Below, piece by piece: positions 39,093-48,541 of a stretch of DNA of 64,000 nucleotides. The translations under genes were made by a program, and so were the position numbers. The notes under the pieces are model-generated. The model ran no database searches and was not told the origin of the DNA. It was given only the letters and a program-made list of their open reading frames with translations. Position 1 is the stretch's first letter, and every line of letters begins with the position of its first letter. The stretch comes from Candidatus Altiarchaeales archaeon (GTDB taxonomy: Archaea; Altiarchaeota; Altiarchaeia; IMC4; SCGC-AAA252-I15). The DNA lies in assembly GCA_014727915.1 (NCBI GenBank), contig WJMO01000005.1:416001-480000 (forward strand), read 5' to 3'.

Positions 39093-39517
39093 AGCTTGCC
39101 TGCTATCTTCTGACTGTGTTGCTGACGCTCTCTGCGCTTTGCATGGATGATGGCACACCCACGGTCTGCTTTGGCCTTTCCTGCGTTTCCGTGGAGGTCG
39201 CCGACGACGACGGCGAGCGGACGGCCGGGTTGATGCACAGGGAGGGCCTTCCACCCGACGCGGGCATGCTGTTCGTGTTCGAGGATGAGGGCATGCACTC
39301 CTTTTGGATGAAGAACACGCTCATGCCATTGGACATGGTGTGGTTGGACTCCGACTACCGTGTCGTGCATGTGGTCAGCGCCCTGCCCTGCGAGTCCGAC
39401 CCTTGTCCAACCTATTCTCCGCCCACCCCATCCAGGTATGTGCTGGAGGTGAACATGGGATATGCTGAACAGCATGGCATCCGGGTGGGTGACGTGGCGG
39501 AGGTGACCGGCTTATGA
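39089..39517 (+). CDS. DUF192 family protein
   Basis: VEVAD...R..GLM.R, GMLFVF, FWMKNT..PLD, YVLEVN.G. Confidence 0.9.
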   Translation: MKLACYLLTVLLTLSALCMDDGTPTVCFGLSCVSVEVADDDGERTAGLMHREGLPPDAGMLFVFEDEGMHSFWMKNTLMPLDMVWLDSDYRVVHVVSALPCESDPCPTYSPPTPSRYVLEVNMGYAEQHGIRVGDVAEVTGL

Positions 39518-40998
39518 GGTCTTTCCCCTTGAAGTTCACGGTGTTCTCGGCGGGCGCTTCGGTCATGGTGGTGGAGATACTGGCGAGCAGGATAATGGCG
39601 CCCTACTATGGGTCGTCAACGTTCGTGTGGTCGGCTCTCATAGCGGTCGTATTGGCGAGCCTGAGCGTCGGATACTATGTTGGCGGCAGGTTGGCTGACA
39701 TGAACCCGACCGTGAAGACGCTCTCCCGGATACTAGTTCTTTCGTCCGTTTTCATAGGCTTGATACCGTTCTTCAAGGAGCCTGTGCTCCTGGCGTGCTA
39801 TTTCCTCATGGGGTTGAAGGCCGGCTCTATCGCAGCTTCCGCGATACTACTCTCCGTTCCCGCTGTGCTGTTGGGCACCGTCTCACCGTATGCTATCAAA
39901 CTTTCCGCCCGGGACCTCAAGGGGATTGGGACCACGTCAGGGGACATATATGCGCTTTCGACTGTGGGCAGCATAGTCGGAACCCTTGCGGCGGGCTTCC
40001 TCCTCATACCCTACCTGCCCCTTTCAACTGTGTTCTACTCCGTGTCGGTAACGCTGCTGGCTTCCAGCATACTGTTGCATTTCAGCAGTTGGCGTGTGGA
40101 CCAAGTAATACTCCTGGTCCTGATGGCGGGTTTGATGCTCTTCTTCCGCGAGCCATATGTGGGGGGCAGGCAGCTTTTGCACATGGAGTACTCGCCCTAC
40201 AACAGGATCATAGTCGAGGAGGACGACCACAACAGGTACATGTACCTGGACGGGCGGTCCACGGGCGCGATGGTGCTGTCTACGGGTTTTAGCCTCTACG
40301 AGTACGCCCACTACTTTGAGATACCCTTCCTCCTGAAACCTGACATTGGGGATGTGTTGTTCGTGGGCGGCGGTTCCGGAGTTGGTGTGAAGCAGGTGGT
40401 CGCAAACCACCCTAGCGCGTCTGTAACGGTGTCCGAGATCGACCCCCGGGTCTACGAGGCTTCCCACGAGTACTTCTATCAGGGCATGGACGATTCAGTC
40501 GACGTTCGGCTGATGGATGCGAGGATGATAGTGAAAGACGGCGGTGAATACGACTATGTCGTGTTTGACGTCTTCACGGGCAGGAATGCGATACCAAATC
40601 ACCTTGTGACCTCCGAGTTCTTCGCTGACGTTTCCAGGTCAACCTCCGATGATGCGATAATACTTTTGAACGTCATCTCCTCCGTTGAGGGAAGCCGCAG
40701 CCTGGTTCTCAAGTCGGTGCTGAAGACAGTCTCGCCCTATTTCCCCCATGCGAAAGTGTATCCTCTGCATTCCGTCAGCATAATGCCCCAGAACGTGATA
40801 GTGATTGCGTCGAAGAAGCCCTTACCATCCGACGGGGAGGTACGGGCCAGGATCGAGGATACCCGGGTCCTTTCCTCGTCGAAACTGCACAGCCTACTTG
40901 ACCGTGAGCTGAAGAAGCCGTTGTCCCTCGACGGCGGTGTGATGCTGACTGACGAGCACAACCCCGTGGATCAGATGTACGCTGAGGTCTGGGGTTAG
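39514..40998 (+). CDS. Fused membrane domain / spermidine synthase-like protein
   Basis: EILASR..APYYGSS..VW TM region; VLFVGGGSG, EIDP, DAR, FDVF, LTDEHNPV. Confidence 0.88.
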   Translation: MRSFPLKFTVFSAGASVMVVEILASRIMAPYYGSSTFVWSALIAVVLASLSVGYYVGGRLADMNPTVKTLSRILVLSSVFIGLIPFFKEPVLLACYFLMGLKAGSIAASAILLSVPAVLLGTVSPYAIKLSARDLKGIGTTSGDIYALSTVGSIVGTLAAGFLLIPYLPLSTVFYSVSVTLLASSILLHFSSWRVDQVILLVLMAGLMLFFREPYVGGRQLLHMEYSPYNRIIVEEDDHNRYMYLDGRSTGAMVLSTGFSLYEYAHYFEIPFLLKPDIGDVLFVGGGSGVGVKQVVANHPSASVTVSEIDPRVYEASHEYFYQGMDDSVDVRLMDARMIVKDGGEYDYVVFDVFTGRNAIPNHLVTSEFFADVSRSTSDDAIILLNVISSVEGSRSLVLKSVLKTVSPYFPHAKVYPLHSVSIMPQNVIVIASKKPLPSDGEVRARIEDTRVLSSSKLHSLLDRELKKPLSLDGGVMLTDEHNPVDQMYAEVWG

Positions 40999-41639
40999 CC
41001 GTCCCACCCGTCCTCGCCTATCAGGGGGACGAAAACGCAACCTCCATGGCATATCTCCTCCGGTCTTCCGCTGGCGTCCTTCCGTATCTCGAGGAGTGTC
41101 TGACCTGATCTTCCCCCTACTGGGATCAGCATCCTGCCGTCATCTGCCAGCTGGTCTGCCAGGGCCTTGGGAACGCCTGGGGATGCTGCCGTTACCAGTA
41201 TCCTGTCGTAGGGCGCCTTCCCAGCGTGTCCCATGGTCCCGTCTGCGTCCACGACTTCCACGTTATCGTATCTTAAACTCCTTAGAAGTTCTCTGCTCCT
41301 CTCAGCCAATTCAGGCACGCGCTCCACGGTGACCACATCCCCTTCCCTGGCTAGTTCAGCCAGTATGGCCGCCTGGTAACCTGACCCGGTGCCTACCTCG
41401 AGTATGTGGCTGTCTTCTCTCACGTCCAAGAGCTCGGTCATTATGGCCACCATATGCGGCGCGCTTATGGTCTGGTTTGATCCTATGGGCTGGGGCGTGT
41501 CCGCGTAGGCGCGGTCCCTTATGCCGCCCGGCATGAAAAGGTGGCGGGGGACCCTGCTCATGGCTTCTATGACACGCTTTGACTTCAGATATCCCCTGCT
41601 TACGAGTCTTTCTACCAGTTCCCTTCGTTCTTCGTCCAT
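40995..41639 (-). CDS. pcm: Protein-L-isoaspartate O-methyltransferase
   Basis: VPRHLF, QTISAPHMV, LEVGTGSGYQAA, APYDRILVTAA, FVPLIG. Confidence 0.95.
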   Translation of the reverse strand: MDEERRELVERLVSRGYLKSKRVIEAMSRVPRHLFMPGGIRDRAYADTPQPIGSNQTISAPHMVAIMTELLDVREDSHILEVGTGSGYQAAILAELAREGDVVTVERVPELAERSRELLRSLRYDNVEVVDADGTMGHAGKAPYDRILVTAASPGVPKALADQLADDGRMLIPVGGRSGQTLLEIRKDASGRPEEICHGGCVFVPLIGEDGWDG

Positions 41640-41640
41640 G

Positions 41641-42261
41641 TCACTTCCGCGACCTTCCGAACCGTCCTGTCTTCTTGGCTGCGGTCTTCTTGGACCCGAA
41701 CCCCCTGAAACCGGGTTTACCACCTATCTGGTCCTTGTAGTCTGTGGTGCCGAAGACCTTCATCATATGCTCCTTGTACGAGCGCGGCTTTCCCTCGGCC
41801 TTTTCGTGGTGTCCCTGGTGCATCTGCGAGAACGGGTTGCCTCGTCCGCCGCTTGTCTGCTTGCCCTCTTCCATCTTCTGCTTTATGTACTCTTTCATCT
41901 TCTCCTGTGTGCTGGCGTCATCGTCGGAGTCCAGCTGCGGGAGGTGGCTCGCGTGCTGTTTCCGCATGAACTTGGCCATACGCTCCTGGAGGGTGAGCTC
42001 ATGGGGCGCCTTCATCTCAGGCGGCTTCTCCTCCGGCGGGGGTTCCGGCGGCGGTTCGGGAGGCTGCTGTGATTCTCCGCTGTAGGTCTCGGATATGGTG
42101 TTGAAGTCCGCGTCGTATGCTGTGAAGCTCCGTCCCCCGACTTCGAAGTCGTCGCGGGTGGAGCCGTCGCTCAGGACTTCGAGTATCCTCCCGTCACCCA
42201 TCCTCCTGAAAAGCCGGTTTCCGATGTATTTCTCCTCCATCCACTGGCCGTCTTCGCCCAT
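41641..42261 (-). CDS. Hypothetical protein with Pro-rich linker
   Basis: ORF fills the gap and is co-oriented with uppP and pcm; no motif recognised. Confidence 0.6.
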   Translation of the reverse strand: MGEDGQWMEEKYIGNRLFRRMGDGRILEVLSDGSTRDDFEVGGRSFTAYDADFNTISETYSGESQQPPEPPPEPPPEEKPPEMKAPHELTLQERMAKFMRKQHASHLPQLDSDDDASTQEKMKEYIKQKMEEGKQTSGGRGNPFSQMHQGHHEKAEGKPRSYKEHMMKVFGTTDYKDQIGGKPGFRGFGSKKTAAKKTGRFGRSRK

Positions 42262-42285
42262 GTTTAAACATTTGATTGGGGCGGT

Positions 42286-43062
42286 TTAAAAGGCTAGGGT
42301 TGCCAGGACAGCCAGCAAACCGAATAGTATGCAGAAGATGTCGAACCTCACCCTTTTAGCGAACAATATCAGAGCGTCCATGAGGGCGTAGCCTGATATG
42401 AACGAGGCGAGCAATCCGGCGGCTCCCACGCCCAGTTCAACGCTGCCAAGCCCGTCCGTTAGCAACTCCAAAACCACTGCGCCGGCGACGGCGGGCACGC
42501 TCAACAAAAAGCTGAGCCTCAACGCCTCGTCCTGCCGGACCTCGCTCAACACCAAGGTGGAGACCGTGACCCCGCTCCTGCTAACCCCGGGCAATATGCT
42601 GAACCCCTGCGCCAAACCCACCACCGCAGTGTCAAAAAGAGAAAGCTGCTTGAGGCTTTTAACCCCAAAAACCTTCTTGTGGGATAAATAGAGGGCTATT
42701 CCTGTGACAATCAATAGGAAGCCGATTATTGCATTCATGAACCCCCCATCAAACGCCTTCAATGTAACCGACTTAAACCAGAAATACATGACTAACCCGC
42801 TGACCCCCGTGAACACGGATGCGACAGCCAGGAACTTCACCAATGGCTTGTCCTCGAAAACCTTCGCCCACGTCCCCCGGTACTTCACCAACACCGCCGC
42901 CATGGTCCCCACATGCAGGAAAATCCCATAGGCAAACGCCTCACCCGGACTCAATCCGAAGAAATCCAACAACACCAACATCGTCTGCCCACTACTGGAA
43001 ACAGGCAACCACTCACCCACACCCTGCAACAAACCCAACAACAAACCAGACAACAAATCCAC
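42286..43062 (-). CDS. uppP: Undecaprenyl-diphosphatase (BacA family)
   Basis: QGVGEWLPVSSSG, LPGVSRSG.T, SFLLSVPA. Confidence 0.9.
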   Translation of the reverse strand: MDLLSGLLLGLLQGVGEWLPVSSSGQTMLVLLDFFGLSPGEAFAYGIFLHVGTMAAVLVKYRGTWAKVFEDKPLVKFLAVASVFTGVSGLVMYFWFKSVTLKAFDGGFMNAIIGFLLIVTGIALYLSHKKVFGVKSLKQLSLFDTAVVGLAQGFSILPGVSRSGVTVSTLVLSEVRQDEALRLSFLLSVPAVAGAVVLELLTDGLGSVELGVGAAGLLASFISGYALMDALILFAKRVRFDIFCILFGLLAVLATLAF

Positions 43063-43095
43063 ATTATTTATAACTCATACCTCCCTAATAAAATC

Positions 43096-43169
43096 GGGCT
43101 CATAGCTCAGTCTGGTAGAGCGCTCGGCTTTTAACCGAGATGCCGCGGGTTCGAACCCCGTTGAGCCCA
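43096..43169 (+). tRNA. tRNA-Lys (anticodon UUU), no intron, CCA not encoded
   Basis: Cloverleaf: acceptor GGGCTCA/TGAGCCC, D arm GCTC/GAGC, anticodon arm CTCGG-CTTTTAA-CCGAG, T loop TTCGAAC. Confidence 0.95.
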
Positions 43170-43420
43170 ACCTTTCCCTCCCTAACGGTCGGCAAAAGCT
43201 TGACCAAAATACTGTTTCAGGATGATTCACCCCCAAAGAAAACGAACTACTTATCTAGTCTCTCAGTTACACTAGTTAGTTTATAAATGTGACTAATTCT
43301 ACTCAGTTTTTTTTAAGAACTGATATTTTTTTAATTATTTATACTTTTTTATCAATTATTTGTGTTTTTTGTCATTTATTTGTGTTTTTTTTTTTTTTGT
43401 GGTGTTTTATGTCTGTTGTC

Positions 43421-43588
43421 TTACTTTGTGAAGTATATTGTGGCTATGGCTGATGTGAGTGCCATGCCCCAGAAGAATATGAGGAACATGAGGTTCTCCC
43501 TGGCATAGTAGATGCCCGCGATGACGGAGGCGACAGCCAATGCTAGGAACAACAGCCTCAAAGCCAGTTTCTTCATGAAGTCCTCCAT
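43421..43588 (-). CDS. Small two-TM protein (55 aa)
   Basis: Manual translation MEDFMKKLALRLLFLALAVASVIAGIYYARENLMFLIFFWGMALTSAIATIYFTK. Confidence 0.55.
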   Translation of the reverse strand: MEDFMKKLALRLLFLALAVASVIAGIYYARENLMFLIFFWGMALTSAIATIYFTK

Positions 43589-43696
43589 GTTATTCTATCC
43601 GTGGATGTGGTTATAACCCTAGCTACCTGTTGGAAACCTCCATGTTCTTATTGCCAGCCAGGTCATTGATTACACCTGAGATAATATGGGTGATCT

Positions 43697-44077
43697 ATGA
43701 TGAAGAAAGGAATGGTTTTGTTGACGGCCCTGGTGTTGCTAGCCGCCTACGCGGTAGCGCAGCCGGGCCCAGGGAAGAGCAAGAACAAAAGAGTGGAACA
43801 CTGTAGCTTTACTGGTGGTGGCGTTGGAGTCGACGCAGTATTCCTATCAACCGGAAGCGGAGTAGTCCAGGAATGGCAGACAAGAGACGACGGAACATAC
43901 CAGCATGTGACATTCGTCCCCGGCGACAGGGAGATGCCAGAGGAAGAATGCACGGGCAACGGATGGTTCACTTGGGAGCCCCACGCCTACCCCGATGAAG
44001 ACCCCGCAGGCTGCGTGATGGACAACCTGCCGATGGACAGCTACTGGGTCTGCATAGAAGACATAATGATGGATTAA
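43697..44077 (+). CDS. Secreted hypothetical protein
   Basis: Signal peptide, four Cys; GGTGA RBS; T-run after the stop. Confidence 0.7.
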   Translation: MMKKGMVLLTALVLLAAYAVAQPGPGKSKNKRVEHCSFTGGGVGVDAVFLSTGSGVVQEWQTRDDGTYQHVTFVPGDREMPEEECTGNGWFTWEPHAYPDEDPAGCVMDNLPMDSYWVCIEDIMMD

Positions 44078-44105
44078 ACTAATCCATCAACCCCCCTCTT
44101 TTTTT

Positions 44106-44823
44106 TTAATTCACTCTCTTCTTACCTGCTTCTATGAACCCCTGCAGGTCCCCTCTCCCGGCCAGTTTTTCGATGTTGGATGCGAGCGCCTCCTGGAACA
44201 TCAGATAATCCATCGTTGAACCCGCCGACCCGGTGGGCATCACTCGAGTCACACCATCACTCACAGTCTTCTCCGTTACCGTGGGACTCTCCACGTTGTC
44301 GCTGTAGACAAGCGCATAGAGGTCGTTGGTGTAGCCCTGCGGGTACCTGTGCTGGTCTATCAAGTTCACCCTGGCCCTGGGCTCCACCAGATGTATCTCC
44401 CTGCTCAGCCGGGATAGGTTGCCTTCCACGCGCTGGCTGGTGTCCACCAGATTATAGGTTCCACTGCCGTCCAAGATATTCGACGCCTTCAGCGCCTCCC
44501 CCGCCTCGCCTTCAGTATAGGTTGGCTTCTCGCCCCCTTCGCTGGTGCTGTATATGAAGTACCTGAGCCTTGACTTCGGCACTAACCCCATGGCGTTGTT
44601 CAACCCGCTGGTAGCCTCGAACAATGCCCGCATACCCTGGCCCAGGAATATTGTCTTACCCTCCACCCGGCCCTCTCTCATGTCGAGGAGCAGGCGGGCG
44701 GAGAAACGAAGTATGTCCTTGGCAACACTGTCATAGTGGTCTCTCACAGAGTTCAAGTCGGGCAGCTCATCCGATCGGGCGTCCACCCGCTTGCCATAGT
44801 AGTCAGAATCCCTTAACCGCATC
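44106..44823 (-). CDS. Hypothetical protein (start uncertain)
   Basis: Long ORF directly downstream of the tautomerase gene. Confidence 0.6.
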
Positions 44824-44829
44824 TCCAAC

Positions 44830-45024
44830 CTACTTGATGTCCTTGAACCTGACGGAATGTTGTTCGCCGCCGGAACCCCAGTTCTCACGTCTGGTCTCGT
44901 GTATTACCACGGTCACAGCCTCGGCTGGTATCCCCAACCCTGTGAACACTTCCGTGATCCCCCTTATGACCTCCGGCTTCCTCTCATCATCCAACGGCCA
45001 CGTCTCCACTGTAACAAATGGCAC
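44830..45024 (-). CDS. 4-oxalocrotonate tautomerase family protein
   Basis: GTG start exposes Pro-1 (PFVTVE); ITEV...IPAEAVTVVIHE...ENWGSGG. Confidence 0.88.
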   Translation of the reverse strand: MPFVTVETWPLDDERKPEVIRGITEVFTGLGIPAEAVTVVIHETRRENWGSGGEQHSVRFKDIK

Positions 45025-45029
45025 CTGCT

Positions 45030-45332
45030 TCACCTCCTTTTCCTTCTGCTGAACGGCTGCGGGAGCACCTGAACCCTCCGTATCCTCTTCAACGGTATGC
45101 TGTACGTGTGGTCGTACCAGTCCGACTCGTCCTTCCCCTGCCCTATCTTCCGAGTCCCAGACACGTTTATGAACCCGCCCGTGCTAGTCTTATAGCAGGC
45201 CTCCAGGAAGTAACCCGTGCATATGCTGTTGTTGGTCCTGCAGGCGATGAAAGTGCCCTTCCTGATCCTCTTATCAGCCACGACCTTCTTGAACTCCGGC
45301 ACCCGCATAATGAAATATTGGTAGGGCCTCAA
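45030..45332 (-). CDS. Hypothetical basic protein
   Basis: ORF abutting the tautomerase gene. Confidence 0.5.
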   Translation of the reverse strand: MRPYQYFIMRVPEFKKVVADKRIRKGTFIACRTNNSICTGYFLEACYKTSTGGFINVSGTRKIGQGKDESDWYDHTYSIPLKRIRRVQVLPQPFSRRKRR

Positions 45333-45374
45333 TAAAACAGGTTTTATTTATTGGGTCGAGAGTAAGTTCTACCT

Positions 45375-45644
45375 ATGGAAGACGTCGTGGGTGTTAGGCT
45401 AGACCTCCTAGCCTCGATAGTCGAGGATATGATCTCCAGCAAAGACCTGGAGTCAGTGCTCGGCTCTCCGGTTATGGCGCACGTGGCCATGACAGTGGAA
45501 GACGGCCAGTTCAAGTTCAGGACCCTCATACCCGACGGAGAGGAACGTGAACCCTACACCGACGAGGAGGTTATCAGGGCGTCCGAGATAGTGGACCAGA
45601 TAGTCTCGGACAGACTTCCAGGCGACCTCCCGGAGGTCAAGTGA
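45375..45644 (+). CDS. Hypothetical acidic protein
   Basis: ORF with GC-rich third positions like its neighbours. Confidence 0.55.
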   Translation: MEDVVGVRLDLLASIVEDMISSKDLESVLGSPVMAHVAMTVEDGQFKFRTLIPDGEEREPYTDEEVIRASEIVDQIVSDRLPGDLPEVK

Positions 45645-45712
45645 GAGATGGAAGAGAGCGGAAAATGGCGGAACATCATAGGAGGGAAGTTAGGGAAGAT
45701 CATCGGCGCGAT

Positions 45713-47218
45713 CTAGCCGATCCGGTAGACCCTCACCGGCCTTAATGTGCCCACCGACTTCACGAGGGTTGCGTTCTCCGCGAGGAAACCGTAGAAGCCG
45801 CCGAATCCCGATACATCATACATCAGCGCAAAGCGCACGTCACCTGCGTGTTCCCTGTAGTACTCAGGCGAACGGTTGAGCGCTCCAACGTGCAACCCGT
45901 AGAATTCCATGAACTCCCCAGGTATCTCACGGCCCGTCCTGAACGCGACCGGGCAGGCCAGGTATGACAGGCCCATGATCTGCTCGTCCTCCCCCGAATT
46001 CTCCGAAACATAGGATGACAGGACGTTCACAACCATGTTCCCATAAGACTCGGATACTATGAACACATAGTAGGAGAACAGCGACACAAGCAGCAGAGAT
46101 ACGAGCACCGGCATCATGGACTCCCTGGCGTTGTCGAACGAGAAGCCCGCCAGGAGTGACAGGGGTATGATCGAGAGGGTGAAGTACAGGTAGGGGTGGG
46201 AGTAACCGCAAAGGTACTTCAGGAAGAGCACCGGCGGCAACGAGGACAGGAGATACATAAGTAGGTAATCCTCTTCGAACCTGCGCTTCCCAGACTTGAT
46301 GACATGGCAGGCTCCGAACACGGACGGCACGGTGAAGAGGGGGTCGACGGCCAGTACCTTCAGGAACTCGAACAGTTTGCACCCGAGGCCGCTGTCCTGG
46401 TAGAGGCTGTGGTGCACGTAGACCTGGTAGAAGTACTCGGGAGACCATAGGAGCGCGGTTGCAGGCGCGTATACGAGGATGAACCCGGCCACTACGGGAG
46501 CCAGACATGGTATGATGTTCTTCCGGTCTCTCAAGATGACTGTCAGAAACATGGGTCCCAAAGCCACCAACCCCAGCATCTTATACAAGGCGGCCGCCCC
46601 GACGCACGCACCCGAAGCAAGGAGATAGGCTCTCTTACCCCGGCTCCTACCCTCTAGGAACAGGTAGGCTGCGATGAGATGCAAGAGTATGAGTTCCGCG
46701 TAGGCGGTGGCCGCGTTGGTGAACTTGAAAACGAAATGGGAGAGCCCCAACACCGCAGTGGAGGCGAGCGCATGCTCCCTGCTCCAGAACCTACCTGCTA
46801 CATGGTATGTCAGGAGGATGGTTGCTACCGATGCGAGTGTGGGCACCAGCTTGGCCTGGAAAACACCCACCCCCAACAGGTTGAAAACAGCCGATGTGAC
46901 GTAGAGGTAGACGGGCTGCTGTGTGAACATGAAGTCGGCGTATGGTCGAGCGCCTGTGAAGTGCTTGTAGGCGGAGTATATGAAGAAACCCTCATCCGAG
47001 GTTATGGAGATTATGTTCAGCGTTGAAGCGCGCAACACCACAGATGCGAATATGACCGCTGCAAGGTATAAATGCCAGTATTCGCCCAACCTCATAGTGG
47101 ATGAGAGCATCCTACGGTCCGACAGCCTTTTCCCAGTAGCGGCCGCGACTATGCTCTGAGCCACCACCACGGCTATGAGGAGCACCAGCCATATGATGGT
47201 GTTCTGGAACGCTATCAT
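45713..47218 (-). CDS. ArnT/PMT-like (GT-C) glycosyltransferase
   Basis: SDEGFFIYSA...G..PY.DF...QQP motif, multiple TM helices. Confidence 0.8.
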   Translation of the reverse strand: MIAFQNTIIWLVLLIAVVVAQSIVAAATGKRLSDRRMLSSTMRLGEYWHLYLAAVIFASVVLRASTLNIISITSDEGFFIYSAYKHFTGARPYADFMFTQQPVYLYVTSAVFNLLGVGVFQAKLVPTLASVATILLTYHVAGRFWSREHALASTAVLGLSHFVFKFTNAATAYAELILLHLIAAYLFLEGRSRGKRAYLLASGACVGAAALYKMLGLVALGPMFLTVILRDRKNIIPCLAPVVAGFILVYAPATALLWSPEYFYQVYVHHSLYQDSGLGCKLFEFLKVLAVDPLFTVPSVFGACHVIKSGKRRFEEDYLLMYLLSSLPPVLFLKYLCGYSHPYLYFTLSIIPLSLLAGFSFDNARESMMPVLVSLLLVSLFSYYVFIVSESYGNMVVNVLSSYVSENSGEDEQIMGLSYLACPVAFRTGREIPGEFMEFYGLHVGALNRSPEYYREHAGDVRFALMYDVSGFGGFYGFLAENATLVKSVGTLRPVRVYRIG

Positions 47219-47256
47219 CTCAACTAGTATATTAACATTGAATATTAGATTAAGAC

Positions 47257-48441
47257 ATGGGAGAATCAAGTCCCTGGAAGCTGGCAGTATACGCGGTTGT
47301 CCTTGCTTTCCTGCTTTTCCAAGCCCAAAAGGTGCTGTTGCCCGTGCTGTCGGACATAGACAGCACTCAGTGGGATTTTGAGAAGGACTACTATGGTGCG
47401 GTCGCATACAGCAGGGGCTACAACCCCTACCATAACTCGGACCTAGCCCGCGTGTCCGGCAAGCACATGGCCCTCCCTTATGTCTACCCGCCCCTGACTA
47501 TCGGCTTCTACCGGCTATTCGCATTCCTCCGATATGACTCGGCCCAGTATGTTTTCCTGGCGTTGAAGGCCCTCCTCCTAGTCGGGCTCATGCGGCTGTG
47601 GGGTTGGAGGATGGTGGAATCCGGCAGCAAGTCAGAGTTCGCCGTCTTCACAGTGCTCGCCTATAACAGCACCGCGCTCATAGACCTCCACACAGGAAAC
47701 GTTGCCATGCTAGAGCAGGCCCTCCTCTGGCTGGGATTCCACTACTACCTCAAAGGCGACCTCATGCGGTTCACCGGGTTCACTTTAGCCGCCGCATCCT
47801 TCAAAGTCCTGCCGATAGCGTTCCTCGGTCTGCTCCTCTTCTCCGACGACGATCGTAGACACAAGTACCTGTTAACCTCGGCGGCCATATTCATGGCATA
47901 CCTGCTCCTGCCCGCTTTCCTGATGCCCGGTCTCTTCGACGGCTACGTTCGCAACCTGGAGATAACCATCTTCCACCTGCGGTCCGAGAGGGGCATGATA
48001 AACCCTTCCACGCTGGCGTTGGTCAAGGACCTCACCGTCCTGTGGTCTTTCATACTGGGATTGGAACCGCCTGCCAACGCCCATCTAATACTTTACCTGG
48101 CCATGGCCGCGGCGGTGGTCTCCGTCAGCGCCAGGGCAGTGTCCGAGCTTAGGAGGAGGAACGACCGGCGGATGCTCCTGTTCTTCCTGGTACTCGTCTA
48201 CGCCCTGTTGGCTCCGAGGATGAAAGACTACGGTTACGTGATCCTAATACCCTCGACGTTCTACGCGGCCGGACTGCCCAGGTTCAGGAGTTACAGGCCG
48301 CTCATACTGTTGGCGGGTATGGTGCCAGTCTCAGTCCTACAGCCCCACCCGGAGTTCCTGCTCGGCATGTGGGGATACTATGCGCTCGCATACGCATATC
48401 TCATATGGGTGTTGTACGTGATCGAGGCAGCGGGGGAATAG
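47257..48441 (+). CDS. GT87-like (GT-C) glycosyltransferase
   Basis: DF..YY.A....G.NPY, YVYPP, GN, FK..P motifs; multi-TM. Confidence 0.8.
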   Translation: MGESSPWKLAVYAVVLAFLLFQAQKVLLPVLSDIDSTQWDFEKDYYGAVAYSRGYNPYHNSDLARVSGKHMALPYVYPPLTIGFYRLFAFLRYDSAQYVFLALKALLLVGLMRLWGWRMVESGSKSEFAVFTVLAYNSTALIDLHTGNVAMLEQALLWLGFHYYLKGDLMRFTGFTLAAASFKVLPIAFLGLLLFSDDDRRHKYLLTSAAIFMAYLLLPAFLMPGLFDGYVRNLEITIFHLRSERGMINPSTLALVKDLTVLWSFILGLEPPANAHLILYLAMAAAVVSVSARAVSELRRRNDRRMLLFFLVLVYALLAPRMKDYGYVILIPSTFYAAGLPRFRSYRPLILLAGMVPVSVLQPHPEFLLGMWGYYALAYAYLIWVLYVIEAAGE

Positions 48442-48541
48442 GATTATTTATTAGTTCTGAATCGTTTATCTCCAAAAAATACAGGGGTCGAACAAAATAG
48501 CCAAGAAACTAAGCCTGAGGTTTTCCGTCGGCAGGAACCTG

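Noticed and set aside
45648-45716. 22-aa ORF MEESGKWRNIIGGKLGKIIGAI (and a 28-aa ORF near 63862-63948)
   Set aside because: Too short, with no recognisable motif or independent support
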